64,000 bases of DNA from an uncultured Verrucomicrobiae bacterium (lineage in GTDB: Bacteria > Verrucomicrobiota > Verrucomicrobiia > Chthoniobacterales > JAFAMB01): NCBI GenBank assembly GCA_963762565.1, contig CAVXLD010000005.1:480001-544000 (forward strand), given 5' to 3'. The translations under genes and the position numbers were made by a program. The notes under the pieces are model-generated. The model saw only the letters and a list, made by a program, of their open reading frames with translations. It did not search any database and was not told where the DNA came from. Shown one piece after another: positions 42,280 through 53,336 of the stretch (position 1 is its first letter; the number at the start of each line of letters is the position of its first letter).

Positions 42280-43479
42280 ACGAAACCAACTAACCAACGG
42301 ATTCTGACGATCAATGGCGGCTCTTCCAGCATCAAGTTCGCGATGTTCGAAACCGGTGAATCGCTCCGACGGATTTTGGAGGGTGAGATTGAACGGATTG
42401 GACTGCCGGACGCCACCTTGCGGGTGAAAGGCCAGAACCAGGCGGACAACTTTTCGCGGTTAGTAAGTGCGCCGGATCACACGGCGGCAGTGGGTGCTCT
42501 GATGGATTGGATCGAGGAACGCGGCGGGAGTGATGGGTTGACCGCGGTGGGGCATCGCGTAGTGCATGGCGGGCCAAAGTATAGCGAGCCGCAGCGAATC
42601 AATGCGGAAATGGTTGAAGAACTGCACCGGCTGAGTCCATTCGATCCTGAGCATCTGCCGGAAGAGATCCTGTTGACGGAGGCGTTCCATCGCCGATTTC
42701 CTGACTTGCCCCAGGTGGCGTGTTTCGACACGGGTTTTCACCATGACTTGCCGCGCGTGGCGCAACTGTTGCCCATCCCGCGCCGGTACGAGGCGCAAGG
42801 CGTACGAAGGTATGGGTTTCACGGGTTGTCTTATGCGTTTCTCATCGGAGAACTTGCTCGTTTGGCCGGAACGGAAGCGGCCCAGGGCAGGGTCATCCTT
42901 GCCCACCTCGGCAATGGCGCGAGTCTGGCGGCGGTGCGTGACGGCAAATCGGTGGACACCAGCATGAGTTTCACTCCGACCGCCGGGGTGCCGATGAGCA
43001 CTCGTTCAGGTGACCTCGATCCCGGGCTGATTTGGTATCTGGCGCGCACTGAAAAAATGAGTGCGAAGCAATTCAATGAAATGGTTAATTTCCAATCCGG
43101 GTTGCTCGGTGTCTCGGAGACCAGCGCGGACATGCGTGACTTGCTCGATTGTGAAACGAGGGACGTTCGGGCTGCTGAAGCGATCGCGCTGTTTTGTTAC
43201 CAGGTCAAGAAATGGATCGGCGCATTCGCGGCGGCGTTGGGCGGACTAGACACGCTGGTTTTCGCCGGCGGCATCGGAGAGAATGCGCCAACGGTCCGCA
43301 CCCGGATCTGCGACGGACTCGGATTCCTCGGTATCGAACTCGATCAAAAACGCAACGTGGCAAACGCGGGCGTGATTTCCTCGGAAACCAGTAGGATCCC
43401 TGTGAGGGTCATTCGGACGAACGAAGAATGGGTGATCGCGAGCATGGTCTGCCGCGTTTTGGGTCTAACAATTGAATAA
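42280..43479 (+). CDS. ackA: Acetate kinase (apparent ACG start)
   Basis: [13 protein letters not shown] upstream of the first [46 protein letters not shown]. Confidence 0.9.
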   Translation, partial: TKPTNQRILTINGGSSSIKFAMFETGESLRRILEGEIERIGLPDATLRVKGQNQADNFSRLVSAPDHTAAVGALMDWIEERGGSDGLTAVGHRVVHGGPKYSEPQRINAEMVEELHRLSPFDPEHLPEEILLTEAFHRRFPDLPQVACFDTGFHHDLPRVAQLLPIPRRYEAQGVRRYGFHGLSYAFLIGELARLAGTEAAQGRVILAHLGNGASLAAVRDGKSVDTSMSFTPTAGVPMSTRSGDLDPGLIWYLARTEKMSAKQFNEMVNFQSGLLGVSETSADMRDLLDCETRDVRAAEAIALFCYQVKKWIGAFAAALGGLDTLVFAGGIGENAPTVRTRICDGLGFLGIELDQKRNVANAGVISSETSRIPVRVIRTNEEWVIASMVCRVLGLTIE

Positions 43480-43484
43480 GAAGC

Positions 43485-45917
43485 ATGATCATGACAACAA
43501 GCCAAATGAATGTAACGGATAAGCCGCTAACCCCGGAACGGTTCGAGAAGCGAGATAAGCCGTTGACCCCGGAGCTGCTCGGGAAGATGAACGCCTATTG
43601 GCGCGCCGCGAACTATCTCTCGGTTGGCCAGATCTATCTTTACGACAATGCGCTGCTGAAGCGGCCTCTCACACTCGCGGATGTGAAGCACATGTTGCTC
43701 GGACACTGGGGAACGACTCCCGGGCAGAACTTCATTTACGTGCATTTGAACCGGGTCATCAAGAAATACGATCTCGACATGATTTACGTGTCGGGCCCTG
43801 GCCACGGCGGCCCGGCGGTCGTGGGCAACACTTACCTCGAGGGCACTTACAGCGAAATTTATCCCAATATCAGCCAGGACGAGGCCGGGCTGCGGAAGCT
43901 CTTCATCCAGTTTTCGTTTCCTGGGGGAATTCCGAGCCATGCATCGCCGGAGACCCCTGGGTCAATCCATGAGGGAGGCGAACTTGGCTATTCACTCAGC
44001 CATTCATTCGGGGCAGTGTTCGACAATCCCAATCTGATTGTTGCCTGCGTCGTCGGCGATGGCGAGGCAGAAACGGGACCGCTGGCGACCGCGTGGCATT
44101 CCAACAAGTTTCTCAATCCGGCCAGCGACGGCGCGGTGTTGCCGATCCTGCATCTGAACGGCTACAAGATTTCCAACCCAACCCTCCTCGCGCGTATTAC
44201 CCGTGAGGAATTGGAGCAGTTGCTCCGCGGCTACGGTTGGACGCCCTACTTCGTAGAGGGCCACGACCCCGAGCTGATGCATGAGGCCATGGCCGCGACG
44301 CTCGACACGGCGGTGGAGCAGATTAAAAAAATCCAACAGGACGCTCGCTTCAACGACAACTTCGCGCGTCCTCGCTGGCCGATGATCGTCCTGAATTCAC
44401 CCAAAGGCTGGACCGGGCCGAAGACCGTTGATGGCCTGCAGGTTGAAGGCACCTTCCGTTCTCACCAGGTGCCGATCTCCGATCCTGCCGCCCATCCCGA
44501 ACACCTCAAGCTTTTGGAAGACTGGTTGAGGAGCTACCGGCCGGAGGAACTCTTCGATGAGCAGGGGCGACTGAAACCGGAATTGGCCGACCTTGCGCCC
44601 AAAGGGGAACGGCGCATGGGCGCGAATCCTCACGCCAATGGTGGTATTCTTCTGCGCGACCTGCGGATGCCGGACTTCCGCGACTATGCGGTCGACGTGT
44701 CCACCCCAGGAGTGCGCGGTATCGGTGATACCCACGTGCTCGGGGCTTTTCTGCGAGATGTAGCGAAGCTGAATAGCGATCAACGGAATTTCCGGGTCTT
44801 TGGCCCTGACGAAACGCTCTCCAACGGCTTGGAATCCCTCTTTGAAGTGACCAACCGCCAATGGGAAGCCACAACGGTGCGAAACGACGAATTTCTCGCG
44901 CCGACGGGGCGGGTGATGGAAATGCTCAGCGAGCACCAATGCGAGGGCTGGCTTGAAGGCTACCTGCTCACTGGGCGGCATGGATTGTTCAACTGTTACG
45001 AGGCGTTTATCCACATCGTCGATTCGATGTTCAATCAGCACGCCAAGTGGTTGAAGGTGACGTCGCACTTGCCGTGGCGGCGGAAGATCTCCTCATTGAA
45101 TTACCTTCTGGCCTCCCATGTCTGGCGCCAGGATCACAACGGTTTCACCCACCAAGATCCCGGTTTTATTGACCACGTCGTGAACAAGAAGGCCGAGGTT
45201 GTGCGGGTTTACCTTCCGCCGGATGCCAACTGTTTGCTATCGGTGATGGACCACTGCCTGCGCAGCCGTCATTACGTCAACGTCGTGGTCGCGGGCAAAC
45301 ATCCGGCGCCCCAGTGGCTGACCATGGACGCCGCCGTCAAGCACTGCACTGAAGGCATCGGCATCTGGCAATGGGCCAGCAACGATCAGGCGACTGCACC
45401 CGACGTGGTCATGGCCTGCTGTGGCGACGTGCCTACGCTGGAGACACTAGCCGCTGTCTCTATTATGCGCGAGCATCTACCCGACCTGAAAATTCGGGTG
45501 GTCAACGTCGTCGACCTCATGAAGCTGCAGCCGCACACCGAGCATCCGCACGGGTTAAGTGACATGGATTTTGACGCACTCTTCACCAAGGACAAGCCGG
45601 TCATCTTCGCCTTCCATGCTTACCCGTCACTGATCCACCAGTTGACCTACCGCCGCACTAACCACGACAACATCCACGTCCGCGGCTACAAAGAAGAGGG
45701 CACCATCACTACGCCTTTCGATATGACGGTGCTGAACGATCTGGACCGCTTCCATCTGGTGATGGACACCATCGACCGCGTGCCGGAGACCGGCGAAAAG
45801 GGCATCTACCTCAGGCAGCAGCTCAAGGACAAGCTAGTCGAGCATAAGCACTACATCGACAAGCACGGCCAAGACTTGCCGGAAATTCGGGACTGGAAGT
45901 GGAGCAACCCCAAGTGA
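43485..45917 (+). CDS. xfp: Phosphoketolase
   Basis: [48 protein letters not shown]. Confidence 0.96.
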   Translation: MIMTTSQMNVTDKPLTPERFEKRDKPLTPELLGKMNAYWRAANYLSVGQIYLYDNALLKRPLTLADVKHMLLGHWGTTPGQNFIYVHLNRVIKKYDLDMIYVSGPGHGGPAVVGNTYLEGTYSEIYPNISQDEAGLRKLFIQFSFPGGIPSHASPETPGSIHEGGELGYSLSHSFGAVFDNPNLIVACVVGDGEAETGPLATAWHSNKFLNPASDGAVLPILHLNGYKISNPTLLARITREELEQLLRGYGWTPYFVEGHDPELMHEAMAATLDTAVEQIKKIQQDARFNDNFARPRWPMIVLNSPKGWTGPKTVDGLQVEGTFRSHQVPISDPAAHPEHLKLLEDWLRSYRPEELFDEQGRLKPELADLAPKGERRMGANPHANGGILLRDLRMPDFRDYAVDVSTPGVRGIGDTHVLGAFLRDVAKLNSDQRNFRVFGPDETLSNGLESLFEVTNRQWEATTVRNDEFLAPTGRVMEMLSEHQCEGWLEGYLLTGRHGLFNCYEAFIHIVDSMFNQHAKWLKVTSHLPWRRKISSLNYLLASHVWRQDHNGFTHQDPGFIDHVVNKKAEVVRVYLPPDANCLLSVMDHCLRSRHYVNVVVAGKHPAPQWLTMDAAVKHCTEGIGIWQWASNDQATAPDVVMACCGDVPTLETLAAVSIMREHLPDLKIRVVNVVDLMKLQPHTEHPHGLSDMDFDALFTKDKPVIFAFHAYPSLIHQLTYRRTNHDNIHVRGYKEEGTITTPFDMTVLNDLDRFHLVMDTIDRVPETGEKGIYLRQQLKDKLVEHKHYIDKHGQDLPEIRDWKWSNPK

Positions 45918-45990
45918 GTGTCCGAGAGCTTGTTCACACCGTTGAGAAGTTGCTGGCCTGCGAGCTATGAACCCGAAATCCGAATTTGAG

Positions 45991-46119
45991 ATCCGCAGAT
46001 TACACAGATTAGAACAATGTTTGGAAAGCGATACCGGCAAAACTTTGCGGTGCTCGAGTCCAGGCTGTCTTCGTGCTGCGTAACTCACTAAATCTGTGTA
46101 ATCTGCGTAATCTGTGGAT
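45991..46119. repeat. Inverted pair of 9-bp tandem repeats (CAGATTACR)
   Basis: ATCCGCAGATTACACAGATT vs AATCTGTGTAATCTGCGTAATCTGTGGAT. Confidence 0.8.
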
Positions 46120-46141
46120 TAACCCTTCTTTGGGATCTGGG

Positions 46142-47137
46142 ATGAATCGAATACCTCTCTATCCACTTCGATTCGAACCCATCTATCAGTATCGACTTTG
46201 GGGTGGCCGGCGTTTAGCCAATCTGCTCTCCGCTCCACTGCCGGAGGAGGGTTCGATTGGCGAAGCTTGGGTACTTAGTGACCGCGATGACCATCCTAGC
46301 CTCGTCGCTGACGGACCGCTCAAAGGAACTACTATCGCGCAATTGTTGGACCAATCGCCGAAGCAGTTAATGGGAAGACTGGCCGGGCGCTTTCCTCGGT
46401 TCCCTCTGCTCCTAAAGTTTCTCGACGTGAGTAAAACGCTCTCGGTTCAGGTGCATCCCTCGGACGCAAATATCGATCTTATTCCACCGGGCGAGACCGG
46501 GAAGACCGAAGCATGGGTTGTGCTGGAAGCGGAGCGGGAAAGCCGTATCTACGCAGGCCTGAAGCCAGGCAATACGGCAGAAACTCTGCGTGGGGCGATC
46601 ACCAATGGAACCCTGGAGGACAATCTGGCGAGTTTCACGCCAAAGCCTGGCGACGGTATCTTGGTACGATCGGGTACCGTTCACTCGTTAAGCGACGTCG
46701 TGGTTTTTGAAGCTCAAGAGAACAGCGACGTGACGTTTCGTCTCTACGACTGGGACCACGTCGATCCCAAGACCGGGCAGCGTCGGCCTCTGCAAGTTGA
46801 TCAAGCGCTGGCTTGCATTGATTTTACGCAAGGCGCCGTCGGTCCGGTTGCACCGGTAGTAGAGAAATTCAAGGGGCACAAGCGAGAGCGGCTCGTTCTC
46901 TGTGAACATTTCGGCGTGTGGCGAATCGGCGGAGAAGCCCCGTTTACAGTCGGCCAGGCGGAAACGCCGCGTGTGCTCGTCTGCATTGACGGCGAAGGTC
47001 GGTTGGAGCACGGCGGCGTCAACTATGGCTTCGATAGAGGAGACGTTTTGCTTTTGCCGGCCGTCGTCGGCGCCTGTTCCTGCCGGCCGCTCGTAGAAGT
47101 TAGTTTGCTGGAAATTTCGCTACCGGAGGCTTCATAA
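46142..47137 (+). CDS. manA: Mannose-6-phosphate isomerase, type I
   Basis: WGGRRL, GEAW, FPLLLKFLD, LSVQVHP, KTEAW, GTVH, E.QENSD.TFRLYDW. Confidence 0.88.
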   Translation: MNRIPLYPLRFEPIYQYRLWGGRRLANLLSAPLPEEGSIGEAWVLSDRDDHPSLVADGPLKGTTIAQLLDQSPKQLMGRLAGRFPRFPLLLKFLDVSKTLSVQVHPSDANIDLIPPGETGKTEAWVVLEAERESRIYAGLKPGNTAETLRGAITNGTLEDNLASFTPKPGDGILVRSGTVHSLSDVVVFEAQENSDVTFRLYDWDHVDPKTGQRRPLQVDQALACIDFTQGAVGPVAPVVEKFKGHKRERLVLCEHFGVWRIGGEAPFTVGQAETPRVLVCIDGEGRLEHGGVNYGFDRGDVLLLPAVVGACSCRPLVEVSLLEISLPEAS

Positions 47138-47141
47138 GCTT

Positions 47142-47891
47142 TTGAAAAAGCTCATTGTTTTTGATCTGGACGGCACGCTTGCCGAAAGCAAGTCATCCCT
47201 CGATGCCGAGATGGCGAGGCTGCTCAATGCTCTTCTCGGGACTGTGAAGGTGTCCGTTATATCAGGCGGCAACTGGTCGCAATTTGAAAAGCAAGTCCTC
47301 GCCAATCTTTCCGATGACGAGCGCTTGAAGAATCTGTCTCTCCTCCCTACGTGCGGAACAAAGTTTTACCAATATGAATCGGGTTGGAAAAAACTTTATT
47401 CTGAGGATTTCACCGACCAAGAGAAAAAGAAGATTGTTAGCTCATTGAAGCAGGCAACCGGGTCGCCGGACCTCAAGCCCGAACAAACTTGGGGAGATAG
47501 GATTGAAGACCGGGGAAGCCAAATCACGTTCTCTGGATTAGGACAACAGGCTCCCCTCGAAGAAAAGAAGAAGTGGGATCCTGATTTCATTAAGCGCAAG
47601 AAAATAAAGGGAGTTCTTGATAAGCTGATCCCTGAATTTTCTGTGCGCCTGGGTGGGGCGACCTCGATTGACGTTACCAAGCCTGGAATCGACAAAGGCT
47701 ATGGGATACGAAAACTCAGGGACGTACTAGGCGTTGGTATTCCGGAGATGATTTTTGTCGGAGACGCTGTGTTCCCCGGTGGGAACGACTATCCGGCCAA
47801 GGAAGCCGGCGCGTTGTCTATAGAGGTCAAAGATCCTCATGAAACGAAGCGGGTGATTGAAGCCATCGTCGCTTGTCTGGAGGCAAGTTGA
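47142..47891 (+). CDS. HAD-IIB hydrolase, phosphomannomutase (PMM/Sec53)-like
   Basis: FDLDGTL, ISGG, IEDRGSQITFS, GGATSIDV...GIDK, FVGD..FPGGNDY. Confidence 0.8.
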   Translation: MKKLIVFDLDGTLAESKSSLDAEMARLLNALLGTVKVSVISGGNWSQFEKQVLANLSDDERLKNLSLLPTCGTKFYQYESGWKKLYSEDFTDQEKKKIVSSLKQATGSPDLKPEQTWGDRIEDRGSQITFSGLGQQAPLEEKKKWDPDFIKRKKIKGVLDKLIPEFSVRLGGATSIDVTKPGIDKGYGIRKLRDVLGVGIPEMIFVGDAVFPGGNDYPAKEAGALSIEVKDPHETKRVIEAIVACLEAS

Positions 47892-49000
47892 TGATCGGCT
47901 TTCAATTACAGCGCTTGGGAATGCTAATGGAGCCGGAGCCCGGCAATCCACAGGAAGTCGAAGGTGTATTGAATCCGGGAGCTGTTCGTGGCCCCGATGG
48001 ACAGCTTTACCTGTTTCCGCGGCTTGTCGCGCGCGGCAATTATTCGCGTATCGGCATAGCCAGAGTTCAGTTCAATAAAGCTGGCGACCCCTGCGGAGTG
48101 GAGCGGCTCGGAATTGCACTTGAGCCCGAGGCCGATTACGAGCGGCGATCTGACGGTAGCGGTGGCTGCGAGGATCCGCGCATCACGTTCGTGGAACCTC
48201 TCGAGCGCTACGTGATGGTTTACGCGGCGCTTTCGTCTATCGGTCCCCGAATTGCCCTGGCCATCTCGGAGGATTTATTTCACTGGAAGCGACTGGGGCT
48301 CGCGACCTTTGCTACGTACGACGGCATCGATTTCGTCCACGTGGACAATAAGGATGCCAGCCTCTTCCCTGTCGCCATTGCCAATCATGCCGGAAAAATG
48401 CAGCTAGCTCTACTCCATCGGCCCCTTTTTCCCGGTACTCGTCCCGAGCAAACCGCCTGCCACGAAGGGCCCCACGAAGTGGATCTCGACCATGAAAGCA
48501 TCTGGATTTCCTATTGTCCGATGCCTTCCGCGGGCATCGAACCACAGCACCTTGGTCTGTTTAACTCGCATCATCGGCTGGCCGCTCCGATTGCTCCTTG
48601 GGCACGCCTGAAAATCGGCGCAGGGACTCCTCCCATTCTGACCCGGCACGGCTGGATGATCATTTACCACGGCGTAACCGAGATCGCGGGTTCGACTAGC
48701 GGCGGACATCATCTTTGCTACTCGGCGGGTGTGATGGTGCTCTCAGAAAAACATCCCCGCGAGATTCGCTATCGTTCGGCAGAGCCGGTATTGACGCCAG
48801 TGCTTCCGCAAGAATGCAGCGGAACCATTGCCAACGTCGTGTTCCCCACCGGTATCGACCGCCGCGACGATATCGGTTCGCCGGACCGCTTCGACGTTTA
48901 CTACGGCATGGCCGATAACCGAATCGGTGTGGCGCGTCTCGATGTGCCGAATTGCTTGCCAGCGGGAGGAATCGGCGCCCAGCCGAAAGCCAAGATGTAA
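47891..49000 (+). CDS. GH130-like glycosidase/phosphorylase
   Basis: GVLNPG, GCEDPRIT, NKDASLFP, LLHRP, KIGAGTPP, IIYHGV, NVVFP, YYGMAD. Confidence 0.88.
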   Translation: MIGFQLQRLGMLMEPEPGNPQEVEGVLNPGAVRGPDGQLYLFPRLVARGNYSRIGIARVQFNKAGDPCGVERLGIALEPEADYERRSDGSGGCEDPRITFVEPLERYVMVYAALSSIGPRIALAISEDLFHWKRLGLATFATYDGIDFVHVDNKDASLFPVAIANHAGKMQLALLHRPLFPGTRPEQTACHEGPHEVDLDHESIWISYCPMPSAGIEPQHLGLFNSHHRLAAPIAPWARLKIGAGTPPILTRHGWMIIYHGVTEIAGSTSGGHHLCYSAGVMVLSEKHPREIRYRSAEPVLTPVLPQECSGTIANVVFPTGIDRRDDIGSPDRFDVYYGMADNRIGVARLDVPNCLPAGGIGAQPKAKM

Positions 49001-49038
49001 CGCGCCCGATTTCGAAAAACTCAAAGCCAAAATAGATT

Positions 49039-51717
49039 ATGAAAACAAATACCGACCAACCCGCGGTATCCGTAGAATCGAAGCCAAAGGCTAGCGAGTC
49101 GAAGCCGGGATCGAAGCCCGCTGCGAAGGAGGATTTGAAATCCCTGCCCATGCCGGAGGTGGAGAAAAAATTGGGGTCGTCGCCGGACGGTCTCACCCAA
49201 GCCGAAGCGCAGAAACGGCTGACCCAATATGGGCCTAACGAGATCAAAGAAAAGAAAACCAATCCGCTCCTGAAATTCCTCTCCTATTTTTGGGGTCCCA
49301 TCCCGTGGATGATCGAAGTGGCCGTGATTCTGTCGGGCGTCGTCGGGCACTGGCCGGATTTTTTCATCATCCTCCTTTTGCTTGTTGCCAACGCTGTAGT
49401 CGGATTCTGGGAAGAACGCGAGGCGGGAAATGCCATTGCCGCCCTGAAGGCTCAACTGGCGATCAATGCGCGGGTGAAACGTGATGGGCAGTCGATTACC
49501 CTTCCGGCGCGTGAGTTAGTGCCGGGTGACGTCATCCACGTGCGCTTGGGTGACGTTGTGCCGGCGGATGCGCGTTTGCTCGCGGGCGATCCGATGGAGG
49601 TGGATCAGTCCGCGCTGACGGGAGAATCGTTGCCTGCCGAGCGCAAATCGGGCGAGGCAGTGTTTTCCGGTTCGATCATTCGTCAGGGTGAAATCGACGC
49701 ACTGGTCTATGCCACGGGCGCAAACACCTACTTCGGCAAGACGGCGCAACTGGTGCAAGAGGCGCACACTGTCAGCCATTTTCAAAAGGCCGTGTTGAAG
49801 ATTGGCAATTACCTGATCATCCTCGCGGTGGCTCTGGTGGCGGTGATTATTGTCGTCGCCATCTTCCGCGGCGATCCGATCCTCAGCACGTTGCAGTTCG
49901 CTTTGGTGCTGACCGTGGCGGCGATTCCCGTGGCGATGCCGACGGTGTTATCGGTGACGATGGCAGTCGGCGCGCGCCTACTCGCCAAGAAACAGGCGAT
50001 TGTGAGCCGGTTGGTGGCGATCGAGGAATTGGCGGGTGTGGACGTCCTTTGCTCGGACAAGACCGGCACCCTGACCCAGAACAAGCTGACGCTGGGCGAT
50101 CCGTTCGGCGTGAACAATATTCCCGTCGAGCAAGTCATCCTCAATGCCGCGCTGGCGTCGCGCGCGGACAATAACGACACCATTGATCTTGCCGTTTTGG
50201 GCGGCCTGAAAAACAAGCAGGCGCTAAAGGGTTATCAGGTGCTCCATTTCCAGCCATTCGATCCGGTGCATAAACGCGCCGAAGCGAGCATCAAAGCCGC
50301 GGATGGAAAGACGTTCAAAGTGGCGAAGGGCGCGCCGCAGGTGATTTTGGAATTGTCGGCCAATGCCGCGCAGGTGAAGTCCGCCGTCGACACGGCGGTC
50401 AATGAATTCGCAGCGCGCGGCTTTCGTTCGTTGGGCGTGGCGCGCGCTGAGGGAGAAGGTAAATGGCAGTTTCTTGGTGTGTTGCCCCTCTTCGATCCGC
50501 CACGGGAAGATGCCAAGGCAACCATCGCGACCGCGCGACAGATGGGCGTAAAGGTCAAAATGGTTACGGGCGATGCACTGGCCATCGCCCAGGAAACCGC
50601 CAAGAAATTAGGGATGGGCACAGCCATTCTCGATGCCGGCGGCCTTGGCGACGTTAAGCATCAAGAGAGTAAGGCGGTGGGCGAGTCCATCGAAAAGGCC
50701 GACGGTTTCGCCCAGGTGTTCCCTGAACACAAGTTCCACATTGTGGATGTCCTGCAAAAACTCGGCCACATCGTCGGCATGACGGGTGACGGGGTGAATG
50801 ACGCTCCCGCCCTGAAAAAAGCAGACTGCGGCATCGCCGTTTCAGGCGCGACGGACGCGGCGCGTGCGGCGGCGGCTGTCGTGCTGATGACGCCGGGTCT
50901 GTCGGTGATTATTGATGCGATCAAGGAGAGCCGGAGAATTTTCCAGCGGATGAACAGCTACGCGATCTACCGAATCGCGGAAACGCTGAGGGTGCTGTTC
51001 TTTATGACCCTCGCAATCCTGGTTTTTAACTTTTATCCATTGACGGCGGTGATGATCGTGATGCTGGCTTTACTCAATGACGGCGCCATCCTATCCATTG
51101 CCTATGACAATGTTCATTACAAGGATCAGCCCGAGTCGTGGAACATGCGCATGGTGTTGGGGATATCCACGGTGCTGGGCGTCATCGGTGTCGTCTCCGC
51201 CTTCGGCTTGTTTTATCTCGGCGAGCGAGTCTTTCATCTTGACCGCGCGCACATCCAGACGCTGATGTATTTGAAGCTGTCGGTGGCGGGACATCTCACG
51301 ATCTTTCTTACTCGCACACGCGGTCCATTCTGGTCGATCCGTCCCGCGCGAATTTTATGGGTAGCGGTGCTTGGAACGCAAATCGTTGCGACATTGATCG
51401 CCGTCTATGGGCTGTTTATGACTCCCCTCGGTTGGGGTTGGGCACTGTTCGTTTGGGGCTATGCTCTGGTTTGGTTTCTTTTGAATGACCGGGTGAAGCT
51501 GCTCGCATATCGGATTTTGGATCCCGCCAAAGCCAAGATTGATCCTGCCGAAACTAAGATTGATCCGCCCAAAGCCAAGACGCCGTCCGATTTGACGCCG
51601 CAGATCGCCACGCGAGCCTATGCGCTCTATGAGCGGGCAGGCCACCGTGATGGTCACGCAGTTCAGGACTGGGGTGAAGCGGAGCGGGAGATTCGTAAAG
51701 ATGAGTCCCGCAAATGA
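49039..51717 (+). CDS. P3A-type H+-exporting ATPase with C-terminal DUF2934-like domain
   Basis: FWGPIPWMIE, AIPVAMP, DKTGTLT, FDPPR, FQRMNSY..YRI, LLNDG; tail IATRAYALYE..G...G...QDW.EAEREI. Confidence 0.92.
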   Translation: MKTNTDQPAVSVESKPKASESKPGSKPAAKEDLKSLPMPEVEKKLGSSPDGLTQAEAQKRLTQYGPNEIKEKKTNPLLKFLSYFWGPIPWMIEVAVILSGVVGHWPDFFIILLLLVANAVVGFWEEREAGNAIAALKAQLAINARVKRDGQSITLPARELVPGDVIHVRLGDVVPADARLLAGDPMEVDQSALTGESLPAERKSGEAVFSGSIIRQGEIDALVYATGANTYFGKTAQLVQEAHTVSHFQKAVLKIGNYLIILAVALVAVIIVVAIFRGDPILSTLQFALVLTVAAIPVAMPTVLSVTMAVGARLLAKKQAIVSRLVAIEELAGVDVLCSDKTGTLTQNKLTLGDPFGVNNIPVEQVILNAALASRADNNDTIDLAVLGGLKNKQALKGYQVLHFQPFDPVHKRAEASIKAADGKTFKVAKGAPQVILELSANAAQVKSAVDTAVNEFAARGFRSLGVARAEGEGKWQFLGVLPLFDPPREDAKATIATARQMGVKVKMVTGDALAIAQETAKKLGMGTAILDAGGLGDVKHQESKAVGESIEKADGFAQVFPEHKFHIVDVLQKLGHIVGMTGDGVNDAPALKKADCGIAVSGATDAARAAAAVVLMTPGLSVIIDAIKESRRIFQRMNSYAIYRIAETLRVLFFMTLAILVFNFYPLTAVMIVMLALLNDGAILSIAYDNVHYKDQPESWNMRMVLGISTVLGVIGVVSAFGLFYLGERVFHLDRAHIQTLMYLKLSVAGHLTIFLTRTRGPFWSIRPARILWVAVLGTQIVATLIAVYGLFMTPLGWGWALFVWGYALVWFLLNDRVKLLAYRILDPAKAKIDPAETKIDPPKAKTPSDLTPQIATRAYALYERAGHRDGHAVQDWGEAEREIRKDESRK

Positions 51718-51746
51718 ACCGAGGCTAATCGCGCGGCCAGGCCAAT

Positions 51747-52628
51747 GTGAAATATAGCGAACTGTTCCAAGTAAAGCCGGGCAGCGAAGTCCGGCTGAAG
51801 AAGATCAATCCTGACTCCACCGAACACACGAAGAAGAAATCGGCGGTCAAACAAGTTGAGAAACTCGACGGGAAACTGCGCGAACTGCAATATCTTCTCT
51901 ACGCTGAGAACAAGCGCTCCCTGCTAATTTGCCTGCAGGCGCTGGATGCCGCCGGCAAGGACGGAACCATCAACCACGTCCTTGGCTCGATGAACCCGCA
52001 GGGCGCGCGCGTCCATGGATTCAAAACGCCCACCGCAGAGGAGGCCCAGCATGACTTCCTCTGGCGCATCGAGCAGCAGGTGCCCAAGAACGGCGAGGTC
52101 GTCATCTTCAATCGCTCCCACTATGAGGACGTTCTTGTGGTGCGTGTGCACCAGCTTGTTCCCAAGGAAGTCTGGAAAGGGCGCTACGAGGCGATCAATG
52201 ATTTCGAAAAGAACCTTTTCGAGAATGGTACGCGCATCCTCAAGTTCTTCTTACACATCAGCCCGGAGGAGCAGCTCCTACGCTTCCGTCAGCGTCTCGA
52301 TGACCCCGCCCGGCAATGGAAGATCAGTGAAAACGACTATGCGGAGCGGGAATTGTGGGACGATTACATCTCCGCCTACGAAGAGGCCATTCGCAAAACG
52401 AGCATGAAGCACGCGCCCTGGTTCATCATCCCAGCAAACAACAAATGGTTCCGTAATCTCGCCGTTGCGAGGATCGTCGCGGAGACACTCGAGTCGCTCG
52501 GCATGAACTTCCCCGATCCGACGGTTAATCTTAAGGAAATCGCGCGCAAATACCATCGCACCGAGCTCGAAGAAGAGAAGAAGATTGGAAAGTCAAAATG
52601 GAAGCAGCTGACAGGAGAGGGGGGTTGA
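51747..52628 (+). CDS. ppk2: Polyphosphate kinase 2 family protein
   Basis: ALDAAGKDG, FK.PTAEE..HDFLWR, FNRSHYEDV, APWFIIPANNKW. Confidence 0.92.
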   Translation: MKYSELFQVKPGSEVRLKKINPDSTEHTKKKSAVKQVEKLDGKLRELQYLLYAENKRSLLICLQALDAAGKDGTINHVLGSMNPQGARVHGFKTPTAEEAQHDFLWRIEQQVPKNGEVVIFNRSHYEDVLVVRVHQLVPKEVWKGRYEAINDFEKNLFENGTRILKFFLHISPEEQLLRFRQRLDDPARQWKISENDYAERELWDDYISAYEEAIRKTSMKHAPWFIIPANNKWFRNLAVARIVAETLESLGMNFPDPTVNLKEIARKYHRTELEEEKKIGKSKWKQLTGEGG

Positions 52629-53263
52629 GGTTAAAACTATATTTTCTGCGTCACGGGGAGACGACTTATAGTGAGACAGGCGCTTACTGCGGGGATCTGG
52701 ATCCTGAGTTAACTTCTGAAGGGGCTCAGATGGCGAGAGCGTTTGCAGATGCCTATCGTTCAATAGCCTGGACCGCGGTTTATGTCAGTCCGATGAAACG
52801 CACGATCGCCACCGCAAAGCCTCTGTGCGACGCTCTGGGCTTGGAGATGCAACTGCGAGACGGGCTCAAAGAAATCCGCTACGGGAAGTGGGAAGATAAG
52901 TCAGTCGACTTTGTGAAACAGCACTACTGGGATGATTACGTCCACTGGCTGGCTGAACCGGCTTGGAATCCGCCTACCGGGGGTGAAACCTCTGTCGAGA
53001 TTTCCAGTCGAGCGTCGCTGGTGGTCACAGAGATACAGGAAAGGTATGCCCATGGCGATGTCTTAGTTGTGTCTCACAAAGCCACGATCCGAATTCTTCT
53101 CTGTAGCCTACTAGGCATTGATCTAGGGCGTTATCGCGATCGCATCGAAATGTTAGCTGGTTCGGTTAGCATAGTCAGGTTCGACGTACATGGTCCCTTA
53201 CTAGAGGTTTTGGGTAATCGCGTATATATGGGCGAAGAGCTATGTGCTCGGCCAGGCGCCTAA
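52625..53263 (+). CDS. Histidine phosphatase (PGM-like)
   Basis: FLRHGET, SPMKR, EIRYGKWE, VVSH. Confidence 0.88.
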   Translation: MRLKLYFLRHGETTYSETGAYCGDLDPELTSEGAQMARAFADAYRSIAWTAVYVSPMKRTIATAKPLCDALGLEMQLRDGLKEIRYGKWEDKSVDFVKQHYWDDYVHWLAEPAWNPPTGGETSVEISSRASLVVTEIQERYAHGDVLVVSHKATIRILLCSLLGIDLGRYRDRIEMLAGSVSIVRFDVHGPLLEVLGNRVYMGEELCARPGA

Positions 53264-53336
53264 CCCCCCCGCAAAAACAGTAATGGAGAAGCGGATGAAT
53301 CAGAGAGAAACCAACCAGGAGGATACCTAATTTTAG

